Shown: positions 11,156-23,309 of the stretch, piece by piece | Layout: each line of letters begins with the position of its first letter | Position numbering within the stretch: position 1 is the first letter of the stretch | Source of the DNA: Octopus bimaculoides | Taxonomy: Eukaryota | Length of the DNA stretch: 51,484 nt | Direction: 5' to 3' | NCBI RefSeq assembly: GCF_001194135.2 | Contig: NC_068984.1 | Location: 7,992,256 to 8,043,739, forward strand | The notes under the pieces: model-generated | Seen by the model: the letters and a program-made list of their open reading frames with translations, nothing else | The model's database searches: none | What the model was told of the DNA's origin: nothing | Position numbers and translations under genes: made by a program

Positions 11156-11440
11156 TAACCACTATGCCATATGCCAACGGGCATATGGCATAGTGGTTAA
11201 GAGCGCGGATTACTAACCCCAAGATTCCGAGTTCGATTCCAGGCAGTGACCTGAATAATAATAATAAGAAGAAGAAGAAGAAGAAGAATAACATCGAAAA
11301 ATACCTTAGGAATGAGAACCCAAGTTCAAAATTTCCCCAAGATACCTGATGAAGACTGGAAGGTATATCAGCCGAAACGTTGTGTTAACAACAAACGAGG
11401 ACAAATATCCGTCAAATGTAAATAATGTAAATAATGTCAG
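11156..11440 (+). mobile_element. Complete tRNA-head / hammerhead-tail retroelement with 5' fold-back hairpin
   Basis: 20-bp perfect inverted repeat (11156-11175 / 11180-11199), A box TGGCATAGTGG, B box GAGTTCGATTCC (11229-11240), (AAT)n(AAG)n spacer, CTGATGA...GAAAC core and a (TGTAAATAA)x2 end. Confidence 0.85.
11341..11386 (+). ncRNA. Putative minimal type I hammerhead ribozyme, second copy
   Basis: GAUAC-CUGAUGA(11346-11352)-A-GACUGG-AAGGUAUA-UCAGCC-GAAAC(11374-11378)-GUU/GUGUU. One A:C mismatch in stem II, so it may be decayed. Confidence 0.55.
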
Positions 11441-11895
11441 AATTATTTATTTAAAAATCTAAGATCTTTGAAATGCACATCGGAGAGAATATGAGGAAAT
11501 TTCTGAGATAGTAAAACAAAATACAAGAAAAAAAATCTAATGAATGTCTTGATCAGATTTAATACGATGTATTAATCGTCACATAGAGTTCTTCTTTTGG
11601 TATTTTCCGGATGTACGATTGTGTCGAACAGTGCATTACATGTCAATGGTATTTCGCAATGTGTATCTAGGGACGCCACGATTAATATTATTCAGTATAT
11701 TACAGAAATCAAGATTTTACAAAATCCATTCTTAAAACATATTAACAAATAAATCGTTATTCAAAATATGGTTTTACTAAAAAAATTAGTTATACAAATA
11801 CAACGTAAGTAATAAGTATCTATGAGTTGAATATAATGTTAAAAATTACAGAAATATACCAATAGCAGATACGCCTATATCCGTACATATTTATA

Positions 11896-12113
11896 TACAG
11901 ACGGTGGCCCAAACCCAGTGGTCTATATTGATATATAATAACGATCTTACAATTCATTTTTCAATTGTCAAAAACAAAATGGTGGCCATTTGAACGAATT
12001 CATTTTCAAAACTAATTACATGTTTTCCCATTGTTTATAAATGAATAAATGTGAATATTTTATAAATAGAAGTGTTTTTATAGCTTGACATGGTGTAACT
12101 TTTGGGCCACTCT
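11896..12113. mobile_element. Tc1/mariner-type MITE, degenerate
   Basis: Ends TAcagacggtggcccaaa and ttttgggccactct form imperfect TIRs related to the CAGGGTGGCC family at 33361 and 37241. Confidence 0.5.
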
Positions 12114-12166
12114 CTCCCTCACTCTCTCTGTCTCTCTGTCTCTCTCTCTCNNNNNNNNNNTGTGTG

Positions 12167-12205
<39 letters not shown>

Positions 12206-12534
12206 GTGAACTCTTTTGTTTAGGTAACTGAGTGTAAAACCGAAGGAAAATAAAATGAAGACATGACTTCATATTTTGAAAACTCTTCACCAAATCTCAC
12301 TGATGCCATTGAATGCTTCCCGTTGAATGGGCATTAATGGAGATCCTTGTTTGGGAAATGAGCTTTTAACAAATGGAAAAAACTATATGTTTTGGTGGCA
12401 TTTTTTGGTAATTTCTCAGTTTTTTGTTGTTCTTTGGAGTGTGGAAGATTAGCGCTGAAGTGGCTGAGCACTCGACAGACATACGTTCGCTTAACGTAAG
12501 TTTTAGGGATATCAAGCGTGTCACAGAATATGAC

Positions 12535-12665
12535 AAAGCTGGTCCTACAAAACACAGGTACTACTCATTCTTGCCGACGGAATGAGCTGGAACAGGGCGA
12601 AATAAAGTGTCTTGCTCAAGGGTACAACAAATCACCGGCATCCCAAACCTCTAAGCCACATGCCT
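12535..12665 (-). mobile_element. SINE family D fragment
   Basis: gagctggaacagggcgaaataaagtgtcttgctcaagggtacaac...ctctaagccacatgcc. Confidence 0.65.
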
Positions 12666-12697
12666 TCACGCATTCATACTTGTATGCATACATTTTA

Positions 12698-12785
12698 TAC
12701 ATTATTTACATTTGACGGATATTTGTCCTCATCAAATGTAAATAATGTACATACATAATTCCTCATCTCTTAAATGTAGAACTGT
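12698..12785 (+). mobile_element. 3'-terminal fragment of the hammerhead-bearing element with inverted duplication
   Basis: acattatttacatttgacggatatttgtcctc is the reverse complement of 11396-11428, followed by forward tcaaatgtaaataatgta; 18-bp inverted repeat. Confidence 0.75.
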
Positions 12786-13232
12786 AACATATATAAATGT
12801 ATACACACACACACAAGCACGTAGACACACATATATATATCTACATATATATACGTATATATNNNNNNNNNNNNNNNNNNNNNNNNNNNNNNNNNNNNNN
12901 NNNNNNNNNNNNNNNNNNNNNNNNNNNNNNNNNNNNNNNNNNNNNNNNNNNNNNNNNNNNNNNNNNNNNNNNNNNNNNNNNNNNNNNNNNNNNNNNNNNN
13001 NNNNNNNNNNNNNNNNNNNNNNNNNNNNNNNNNNNNNNNNNNNNNNNNNNNNNNNNNNNNNNNNNNNNNNNTATATATATATATATGAGGGATTACCACC
13101 AAAGTAACAGAAAACGTTCTCTGTGAGACAAGCCCTTTGTTCAATCTTTTCTGCTTCATTTGTATCTTGTTATTTCTCATATTTCACAACCTCACATATC
13201 TGAACACCTCTTGATTTTTCGCTTTCCTTAAC

Positions 13233-13253
13233 TGTCTGTCTGTCTGTCTGTCC

Positions 13254-13311
<58 letters not shown>

Positions 13312-13376
13312 TTATCAAGCTCGCTCTCTCTATATATATATATTTCTCTCTTTCTTTTTTTCTTTCTTTCTTTCTC

Positions 13377-13411
<35 letters not shown>

Positions 13412-13420
13412 CTCTTTCTC

Positions 13421-13455
<35 letters not shown>

Positions 13456-13460
13456 CTCTC
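13233..13460. repeat. Compound microsatellite (TGTC)n(TATC)n(TTTC)n
   Basis: Read directly from the sequence. Confidence 0.95.
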
Positions 13461-14449
13461 GCACACACACATACACACGCAAACAGTCTTTATTTCATTT
13501 TCTCTTCCTTTCACTCTCCTCCCACTCCTCCGGTTTCTTTTCCTTATCTTTGCTCATGCACCCATTTTACAACCCATCCTTCCCTTTCACTCTTTCAATT
13601 TTTCTTTCACTTTTATCGCAACTTCCTTCATTTCTATTTCTCTGTTTGCTCCATCTCTATTTTCTAATTCTCTAATTTTCTCATTCAACTGTAAAATCAA
13701 GAATCTTGGTAACCACTCTATACTCTCACTGCTATACGCTGCTCTGCAATGACAATAATACTATACACTTCCCTATAGTATGCTAAATATTTCAGTTAGT
13801 TATTCATGCATTAACAATATTTTGTTTCAATCTAACAAAGAACTACAAAGGAATATATCTATAGTTCCTTAGCCATCACTGCATGTATCAACAGTTGTAA
13901 TCACATTGTTTACATGTGCAATATCATTGAGAATATCAAACAAAGTATAATCATCCGGGCTAGTTTCAGTCCTCTACTGGGATATCATCGACTAAGGATT
14001 ACCCTCCTTAACTCTTTATTGAGGCACGACTCACTAAGCTACGAATACTAATGAGTTAGTTAAATGAGACACACCATTTTGCATATATAAAAATTCTTAG
14101 CGCTATTTCGATAAATAGGTTACTTGTGCTTTAGCCAGGAGTTTGTATATATTATTATGGGGTTGAAAGGCGTCAACCCACCGACACTGTGTTTTGTCCC
14201 TTACATAGATAAATCTTAGGCTATAATCGGAGCACTTATTTAATTATTTCACTTATTAAAGAGCAGCCAAACTCTGTCAAATCACATTTTATTGTATCAA
14301 AACAGAAAGGACAGGTTGGACAGTGTAAATCTAAATATACAAACAGCCGGGATGTTCATAATTGGATCAATAGCTCTTTCGAATATTTGCACGAGGCTTT
14401 GGGGGAAGAAACCAAGTCGATTCCATCGATCTTAATATATGCCTGATAA

Positions 14450-14622
14450 CAGGCGTAAGAGTGGCTGTGTGGCAAGTAGCTTGCTTACCAACCACATGGT
14501 TCCTGATGCAGTCCCCCTGCGCGTCACCTTGGGCAAGTGTCTTCTACTATAGCCTCGGGCCGACCAAAGCCTTGTGAGTAGATTTGATAGGCGGAAACTG
14601 AAAGAAGCCCGTCGTATATATG

Positions 14623-14653
<31 letters not shown>

Positions 14654-14700
14654 ATATGTTTGTGTGTTTTTGTTTGTCTCCCCAACACCTCTAGTCAACC
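14450..14700 (+). mobile_element. SINE family A, 5' two-thirds
   Basis: ggcgtaagagtggctgtgtggcaagtagcttgcttaccaaccacatggttcc...gaaactgaaagaagcccgtcg(TA)n. Confidence 0.9.
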
Positions 14701-14789
14701 AATTCTATTTTTGGATATGACATATAAAAATGCCTTCAAATCAAATAAAAATGTTCTGACAACCTTAAGTTTAAATTTTAGCACAAGGG

Positions 14790-14980
14790 TAGCAATTTCG
14801 GGGCAGGGGCTAGGTCGATTAAATCGACATTACTGCTCAAGTGGTACTTATGATATCGACACTGAAAAGGACTAAAAGCAAAGTCACCCTCGGTGGAATT
14901 TGAACTCAGAACCGACGCAATGCCGAGAAGTATTTTACCTGGCGTGCCAACGATTCGACGGAGCTCGGTACCTTCAGTTG
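14790..14980 (-). mobile_element. SINE family B
   Basis: aaagcaaagtca.cctcggtggaatttgaactcaga core. Confidence 0.8.
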
Positions 14981-15639
14981 ATTGATAATATTAAGAATGT
15001 ATTAAATTGATATTAAGATATGTAATTAAACTGGCTGCGTCTCTGGATATAATGAATGTAAATATCGATTTAAAAGAGGAATGAATGGGGAAGTTTATGT
15101 AGGCGGATTTGAACACAGGATGTACGGAATCGGAATAAATGTGGCAATAACGAAACACTCGCTTAGCCAATCCCCGCTTACCTGGAGTTATCTGTGACAT
15201 GCACAGCTTTGTTATCGTCGTAAGTCATACAAAAGAATCCTATAATTAGTGGATGTAACCTTGATTTACAAGACTGAGCGGAAATTCTTCGAGTGATTTC
15301 TCCTGACCAATTGCGCAACAGATAATTATCTGTCTCTCCCTTTTACTCTATCCTTCCCTTTCTCTCTCTATCTCTGTCTTCCTCTGTCTCGCTTTCTCTC
15401 TATCTCTGTCTCACTCTCACTCTCTTTAAATCATTCACCAATTAAACCAATGTCGTCCTGATAATTTACATTCTTCAACAATTATACAGAAATACGACTT
15501 TCCAAAATGACTTTACGAGAACGATGTTACAATTAAAGTTACATAACTTCATTTGGTCGAATCGTCTATTTTCGTTTCTTTTCGTTTGAAAGACCTACGT
15601 AAATTATACGAGCAAACGAGGAAGACAATTGTAGGTTAC

Positions 15640-15810
15640 TTAACCTCCCTCCTAGAAATATTAGCTAAACTTTCCTCAAATCACACTCTGCTGTAATAAG
15701 AGACAATTACAGCCCCAGAAAGGCACTTTAATACATTGATAACAGATATTTCTTGTCAATGTTAACGCTGTTGTTGCTGTCACTGTTTAGCTTCGAGTCA
15801 GCCGTAATCG
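15640..15810. repeat. Old dispersed repeat, unclassified (CCTCAAATCACAC core)
   Basis: Related degenerate segments at about 14255-14375, 19850-19935, 37775-37950 and, reversed, about 38650-38900. Confidence 0.45.
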
Positions 15811-15824
15811 AAATGACCTATACT

Positions 15825-16260
15825 CTTTCACTCTTTTACTTGTTTCAGTCATTTGACTGCGGCCATGCTGGAGCACCGCCTTTAGTCGAGCAAATCGACC
15901 CCAGGACTTATTTGTAAGCAAGTACTTATTCTATCGGTCTCTTTTGCCGAACCGCTAAGTGACGGGGACGTAAACACACCAGCATCGGTTGTCAAGCGAT
16001 GCTGGGGGGGGGGGCAAACACAGACACAGACATATACACACATACACACACACACACATACATACATATATATATATATACATATACATATATACGACGG
16101 GCTTCTTTCAGTTTCCGTCTACCAAATCCACTTACAAGGCTTTGGTTGACCCGAGGCTATAGTAGAAGACACTTGCCTAAGGTGCCACGCAGTGGGAATG
16201 AACCCAGAACCATGTGGTTGGTAAGCAAGCTACTTACCACACAGCCACTCCTGCGCCTAT
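15825..16260 (-). mobile_element. SINE family A, full length, well preserved
   Basis: Complete from the (tttcactc/ttttactt) tail repeat to the head ccactcctgcgcc. Confidence 0.95.
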
Positions 16261-16719
16261 GTTTAAAAACATTCCATGCAGACCATCACGTCTTGACCAA
16301 TCACTTCTTTTCCTTATTTCCAGGTCACCCATGACCAGATTATCTAATCTGCTCTTTTTTAAGTCGACAGAGATTATTTAAGGTAAATTTGGCTGCCATT
16401 TCTAGCTGTTCATATACACAAATTGAACGTCCCTCGTTGTTATGACGTTCTTATCTATTCTAGCCGCCATAAACAGCATAAAAAATATATAAATGAATGA
16501 AAACACCACGTCTGCTCCGTGACTAAACATTACAGTATAGGCTCCAGTCGTTCTAGTCAACCGTTTCATGATTTTCTTCTTATACGTGTTACACGTGACA
16601 CTTATCAGTCCCTGTTATCTACATTTAGATAGAGATCGTTGGTTAAACGCCATAACTACAAATGTCTGCCTTTTTCACTTTGTTTCGGCATGGCGTTCTG
16701 AGTAATTCGTAATTGTATC

Positions 16720-16775
<56 letters not shown>

Positions 16776-18438
16776 NNNNNNNNNNNNNNNNNNNNNNNNN
16801 NNNNNNNNNNNNNNNNNNNNNNNNNNNNNNNNNNNNNNNNNNNNNNNNNNNNNNNNNNNNNNNNNNNNNNNNNNNNNNNNNNNNNNNNNNNNNNNNNNNN
16901 NNNNNNNNNNNNNNNNNNNNNNNNNNNNNNNNNNNNNNNNNNNNNNNNNNNNNNNNNNNNNNNNNNNNNNNNNNNNNNNNNNNNNNNNNNNNNNNNNNNN
17001 NNNNNNNNNNNNNNNNNNNNNNNNNNNNNNNNNNNNNNNNNNNNNNNNNNNNNNNNNNNNNNNNNNNNNNNNNNNNNNNNNNNNNNNNNNNNNNNNNNNN
17101 NNNNNNNNNNNNNNNNNNNNNNNNNNNNNNNNNNNNNNNNNNNNNNNNNNNNNNNNNNNNNNNNNNNNNNNNNNNNNNNNNNNNNNNNNNNNNNNNNNNN
17201 NNNNNNNNNNNNNNNNNNNNNNNNNNNNNNNNNNNNNNNNNNNNNNNNNNNNNNNNNNNNNNNNNNNNNNNNNNNNNNNNNNNNNNNNNNNNNNNNNNNN
17301 NNNNNNNNNNNNNNNNNNNNNNNNNNNNNNNNNNNNNNNNNNNNNNNNNNNNNNNNNNNNNNNNNNNNNNNNNNNNNNNNNNNNNNNNNNNNNNNNNNNN
17401 NNNNNNNNNNNNNNNNNNNNNNNNNNNNNNNNNNNNNNNNNNNNNNNNNNNNNNNNNNNNNNNNNNNNNNNNNNNNNNNNNNNNNNNNNNNNNNNNNNNN
17501 NNNNNNNNNNNNNNNNCATAGCTTCAAAAATAATATAACACGTTACTCTACTTCCGGTATTCGAGTACTATTTTCTCCCATCTTCTTTCACACTTATATG
17601 CTTACTTTGATATATATATATACATACATACATACATACATACATACATACATACATACATACATACATACATGCATATATATATAATTGACTGCTGCTT
17701 CTGCTGACACGGACAGAGGTCACTGCCATTTACCATTGCCAACACGGCGACTACTACTACTATTACTACTACAACCAACAAAAAATGCCCCCACGTCGAC
17801 TATTGACACCAGTAAGGAACAATTATGAACTCTTCATTTAATTTCATTTTTTTAAATATGTATTTTTGATAAGGTTCGTTTTTACAAGAACCGAAACATG
17901 TTAAAAATATCTCTGACAAAATTTTAAATTAAAATTCATTTTTTATATATTGGCGTTTTCAAACTTCTTTTTTATAAATATATATATATATATGCAATCG
18001 AATCCTTTGTAGATTATATCACATCACCTTCAGCATTCAAGAACAACAAAAACAACAACAACAAGGTTACAAAGTACTATATTAAATATGAAAAAAAAAA
18101 ACACCCACACACACCTCGATACCACAGGGACAATTATCATAAAAGTGATCGTTAGATTATCTCAGTTTAATTGAAATCTGTTTCCAATTACAAATTCTCT
18201 TATTTCGTGTACATATCTATTATCGAAACTACAACTGCCACACCACCACCACCACCACCACAACCACCATGCTTTTACCGAAGCCTCTATTGCGATTTCA
18301 TCTTTCACAGTTCCTACAGACACAATATCAGACTTGTGCCACTTAAAACAAAAGAGAGCAATAATGACGGTTACTAAATTTGGCACAAGGCCAGACATTT
18401 CAGAAGGCGGGTGATGTTAGTCGATGGCATCGACCTTA

Positions 18439-18493
18439 GTACTTGGTTGGTACTTGGTTGGTACTTCGTTGGTACTTCGTTGGTACTTCGTTT
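18439..18493. repeat. 11-bp minisatellite x5 (GTACTT[G/C]GTTG)
   Basis: Two GTACTTGGTTG units, then three GTACTTCGTT(G/T) units. Confidence 0.9.
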
Positions 18494-18639
18494 AAGTATT
18501 GCAGTTGATATATCGACTAACCTTTCGCTCTGAGTTTAGGTCATATGCCTATAATATAAGCAATTATTATTATTAATATTATTAGTTGAGGGCAGTGAAT
18601 TGATAAAGAGCGTTAAAGTGCCAATCTGAGCACCTCAAT

Positions 18640-18655
18640 TGATAATAATAATAAT

Positions 18656-18690
<35 letters not shown>

Positions 18691-18727
18691 CGATAATAAT
18701 AATAATAATATCAACAACAACAACAAC

Positions 18728-18809
<82 letters not shown>

Positions 18810-18915
18810 GTAGTAATAATAATAATAATAGTAATAACAATACTGAGTAATAATAACAATAATAATGATGATAATAATAATAATAATAATAATGAAAATA
18901 ATATTAAGAATAGTA
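18640..18915. repeat. Degenerate (AAT)n/(AAC)n tract
   Basis: Read directly from the sequence. Confidence 0.95.
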
Positions 18916-18924
18916 ATAATTGCT

Positions 18925-19132
18925 TCAAACTTTGGCACAAGGCTAATTTTGAGTGAAGATTAGGAGTGGGTGGTAGGTCGATTACATCAATCGCGGTACT
19001 TGACTGATAGTTTATTTTATCGACCCCGAAATGCAGAAAAGCGAAGTCGGCCTCGGCTGGATGTAAAACTCAGAAACAAAACAGAAAGGCATGTTTTCTG
19101 TCGCTCTAACTATTCTGCCAGCTCACCGCCAT
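18925..19132 (-). mobile_element. SINE family B, degenerate
   Basis: tttggcacaagg tail, gtcgattacatc..ttttatcgacccc, ctgccagctcaccgcc head. Confidence 0.75.
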
Positions 19133-19315
19133 TTGTAACTAATTTAGGTAAAAATCCAGCAATTTTAAGGTGGGGTATTTCTTGATATCATTGGCCCCAG
19201 TATTCGACTGGTATTTTATTTATTAAGTCCGAAAGAATAAAAAAACAAAGGCGACCCCGGAGGCTAGAGAGCTTCGGAGGAAGGGGGCACAGCAGTTGTT
19301 ACATTAATTATCAAT

Positions 19316-19690
19316 ATTAAGGCGACGATTTGGCAGCATCGCTAGCGCGCCGGACAAAATGCTTAGCCGCGTCTTGACGTTCTGAGTTCAAATTCCGCCG
19401 TCAAGGTCTCCTTTGTTTTTCATCCTTTCGCAGGCGGGCGATACAGTAAATATTAGCTCAGCACTGGCATCGATATAATTGATTTACCCCTTCACGAAAT
19501 TGCTGGCCTTGTGCTAAAATTTGAAACCTGTATTAAGGCGGCGATTAAGGCAGTGATCTGGCAGAAACGTTAGCATGCCGGACAAAAAGCTTAGCGGCAT
19601 TTCGTCCGACTTTACCTTCTGAGTTCAAATTTCGCCAAGGTCTACGTTGCATTTCACCATTTCGGCGTCGATAAATAAAGTACCAGCTTA
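19316..19690 (+). mobile_element. Two tandem SINE family B copies (about 19316-19525 and 19532-19690)
   Basis: Both start aaggcg.cga..tggcag.a.cg.tagc..gccggac.aaa.gcttagc and contain ttctgagttcaaatt.cgcc. Confidence 0.85.
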
Positions 19691-20022
19691 TACCTATAGT
19701 AAAAAATATATTAATTATCTCATTAATTTAATAACATAATTAATACTGTCATTCCCAGTATTATGTTATTTACAAACATAACACAAGGTTAAGCAACACA
19801 ATCTCATATTGGTATTCCCAACAATGCTTCTACGTGGTGGATTTCACCTTCTAGAAATAGTTGTTAAATCACCTCAAATCACACTTTAACGTTCTCAGAA
19901 TTTTATTTTTAGATAATAAATTTTGTAGCCTCAGCTACAGTGGGGGGCGGGGAAGGCACTCTGATTATATGCCTCCATCTGGCCTGGCCTGAACAACAGT
20001 AACAACAACAACAATGACGATG

Positions 20023-20058
<36 letters not shown>

Positions 20059-20169
20059 CAATCAACAACGTCATTATCACAGAATACAATTCTGTTTTAT
20101 CAAATTATGTGCGCAGCTTATCTATCTATCTGTCTATCTATCGATCGATCGATCGATCGATCTATATAC

Positions 20170-20392
20170 TCTCTTTTACTCTTTACTCTTTTACATGTTC
20201 CAGTCATTTGATTGCGGCCATGCTGGAACGCCGCCTTTAGTCGAGCAAATCGACCCCAAGACTTATTCTTTGTAAGCCTAGTACTTATTCTATCGGTTTC
20301 TTTTGCTGAACCCCTAAGTTACAGGGACGTAAACACACCAGCATCGGTTGTCAAGCGATGTTGGGGGGGAAAACACAGACACATAAACACAG

Positions 20393-20471
<79 letters not shown>

Positions 20472-20732
20472 NNNNNNNNNNNNNNNNNNNNNNNNNNNNN
20501 NNNNNNNNNNNNNNNNNNNNNNNNNNNNNNNNNNNNNATATATATATATATATATACATATGTACGACGGGCTTTTTTCAGTTTCCGTCTACCAAATCCA
20601 CTCACAAGGCTTTCGTCGGCCCGAAGCTATAGTAGAAGACACTTGCCCAAGGTGCCACGCAGAACCCAGACTGAACCCAGAACCATGTGGTTGGTAAGCA
20701 AGCTACTTACCACAGAGCCACTCCTGCGTCTA
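20170..20732 (-). mobile_element. SINE family A, full length (gap in the microsatellite core)
   Basis: Colinear with 15825-16260. Confidence 0.93.
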
Positions 20733-20764
20733 TGTATAATAATTTCTGATTTCGAACTTGTATT

Positions 20765-20960
20765 ACAAGGGGAGCTTGGGGTAGGGGGGTTAAGTCAATC
20801 ACATCGACCCCAGTGCGTAACTGGTATTTATTTAATCGATCCCGAAATGATTACAGGCAAAGTTGACCTCGGTGGAATTTGAACTCACAGCGTAGCAGCA
20901 GACGAAATACTGATAAGAGTTTCGCCCGTCGTGCTAAAGATTCTGCCAGCTCACCGCCTT
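20765..20960 (-). mobile_element. SINE family B
   Basis: atcgaccccagtgcgtaactggta...gacctcggtggaatttgaactca...ctgccagctcaccgcctt. Confidence 0.88.
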
Positions 20961-21013
20961 ATATGTCTAAGATAATTAATACTCACGTGTTGTAATGAAT
21001 TTACTAATGTAAA

Positions 21014-21412
21014 GTGGAGGCGCAATGACCCAGTGGTTAGGGCAGCGGACTCGCGGTCATAGGATCACGGCTTCGATTCCCAGACCGGGCGTTGTGAGTG
21101 TTTATTGAGCGAAAACACCTAAAGCTCCACGAGGCTCCGGCAGGGGACTGTGGCGAGCCCTGCTGTACTCTTTCACCGCAACTTTCTCTCACTCTTACTT
21201 CCTGTTTCTGTTGTGCCTGTAATTCAAAGGGTCAGCCTTGTCACACTGTGTCACGCTGAATATCCCCGAGAACTACGTTAAGGGTTAAGGGTACACGTGT
21301 CTGTGGAATGCTCAGCCACTTGCACGTTAATTTCACGAGCAGGCTGTTCCGTTGATCGGATCAACTGGAACCCTCGACGTCGTAAGCGACGGAGTGCCAA
21401 CAGCAACAACTA
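21014..21412 (+). mobile_element. SINE family C, full length, tRNA-derived
   Basis: A box TGACCCAGTGG, B box GCTTCGATTCC, long body and (AAC)n tail; second copy at 9338-9718. Confidence 0.92.
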
Positions 21413-22107
21413 CTGTAAAATAAAACAGACAATATGATTTGGAGCAAATTTTAGTATTCAAGTTAGTGTTTATTTACTTATTAGATATTTATTGAGAAAC
21501 AATTACTTTCTTTGTTGATCTTCCTCACAATCTCTCTTCACACACACACACACACACACACAGTCACACGCGCGTAACTCCATGTGCGGTGTGAATGGGT
21601 GTATTTAGACGCACACAAAGAAAATGTTTCATTCTTCTTCAGAAAATCTATGCGTACATCCATACATACATGCACATGCACACACATTATACATACATAC
21701 ATACGTACATACATATATATATATATATACATACATATATATATATATANNNNNNNNNNNNNNNNNNNNNNNNNNNNNNNNNNNNNNNNNNNNNNNNNNN
21801 NNNNNNNNNNNNNNNNNNNNNNNNNNNNNNNNNNNNNNNNNNNNNNNNNNNNNNNNNNNNNNNNNNNNNNNNNNNNNNNNNNNNNNNNNNNNNNNNNNNN
21901 NNNNNNNNNNNNNNNNNNNNNNNNNNNNNNNNNNNNNNNNNNNNNNNNNNNNNNNNNNNNNNNNNNNNNNNNNNNNNNNNNNNNNNNNNNNNNNNNNNNN
22001 NNNNNNNNNNNNNNNNNNNNNNNNNNNNNNNNNNNNNNNNNNNNNNNNNNNNNNNNNNNNNNNNNNNNNNNNNNNNNNNNNNNNNNNNNNNNNNNNNNNN
22101 NNNNNNN

Positions 22108-22200
<93 letters not shown>

Positions 22201-22884
22201 GAGAGAGATAGATAGTTAGATAGATATACCTACCTACTCCGACATATATACGTGCAAATTCACACCTATGCACAAAGATGCACACATTGTTAAGCATGCA
22301 CATACACATGCATATATATATTTATATACACACGCACACACATACTAATATATTCGTACATACATGCGCATATGCACACACGCATTCGTACTCATATATA
22401 CAAGGAGGAAGAGTTATACAGATGCAGTGAGCGGTTACGTTACTAAACACCAAATATCTGTTCAAGAGATCTGACATCATATTTTCTCAGTTCAGTGAAT
22501 TGTCAAAATAAATATCAGATCGATAATCGATTGTTACCATACATCTGGTGAAATATACTGCCGTTCTCCCAATGAATTTTGAAAACAATTAAGAACGTTT
22601 TACAAAAGCGTTGTTATTATGAAGCTTGCGTTGGGAAAATAAACGGGAAATGGAATTTTGATGGAAGGTTTGAATTGAAGTTACTTTTAAAACTGGGAAT
22701 GTGTACCTGAAAACGAAATTGGAGTTACTTTTAAAACTGGGAATTTGTACCTGAGAACGAAAGGTGGTTGTTTCCAGTCGGTCATTTTTAGTCTGGTGTA
22801 TCTGGTCTTTGAATCCAGAACTAAGCTGTGGACACATCATGTAACAAAGATAGTGATGGGAATACTTCATATATCAAATACATA

Positions 22885-23260
22885 GCTGTAGGAGTGGCTG
22901 CATGGTAAGAAGCTTGTTTCCCAAACCACAGGGTTCCGGGTTCAGTCCCACTGCGTGACATCTTTGGCATGTCTTCTAATATAGCTTTGGGTCGACCAAA
23001 CCTTGAGAGTGGATTTGGTAGACGGAAACTGAAATAAATCCGTCGTATGCGTGTGTGTATCTGTATTGATGTGTCTGTGTTTGTCCCCCTGCCGTCGCTT
23101 GACAACCGATGATGGTGTGTTTACCGCCCACCCCTGTAACTTAGCGGACCGATAGAATACGTACTAGGCTTACAAAGAATAAGTCCTGGGGTGGATTTGT
23201 TCGACTAAAGGTGCTATTCCAGCATGGCCGCAATCAAAGGACTGAAACAAGTAAAAGAGT
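22885..23260 (+). mobile_element. SINE family A, full length, antisense in the BMP intron about 55 nt from the donor
   Basis: Colinear with other family A copies. Confidence 0.92.
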
Positions 23261-23309
23261 ATACAATACAAGGACAGAAATTTAAGATGTGTGCGTACAT
23301 GAAACCTTT

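Noticed and set aside
11179-11255. tRNA gene calls for SINE heads (also 3138-3212 and 21014-21090)
   Set aside because: A and B boxes are present, but there is no closing acceptor stem and each continues into a repeat body.
13082-13140. Mariner-like TIR start TATGAGGG...CAAAGTAAC
   Set aside because: No matching opposite end found.
14160-14179. Hairpin GGGTTGA-aaggcg-TCAACCC
   Set aside because: A 7-bp stem occurring once with no context.
18439-18493. CRISPR-like array
   Set aside because: Contiguous 11-bp units with no spacers, in a eukaryotic genome.
20212-20882. Recurrent ORFs such as SVSVYQIHSQGFGRP..EDTCP..EPCGW
   Set aside because: These are reading frames through SINE family A copies with no conserved start or stop; not a gene family.
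21277-21292. Telomere-like TTAAGGG x2
   Set aside because: A local 7-nt duplication within SINE C; not the TTAGGG repeat.
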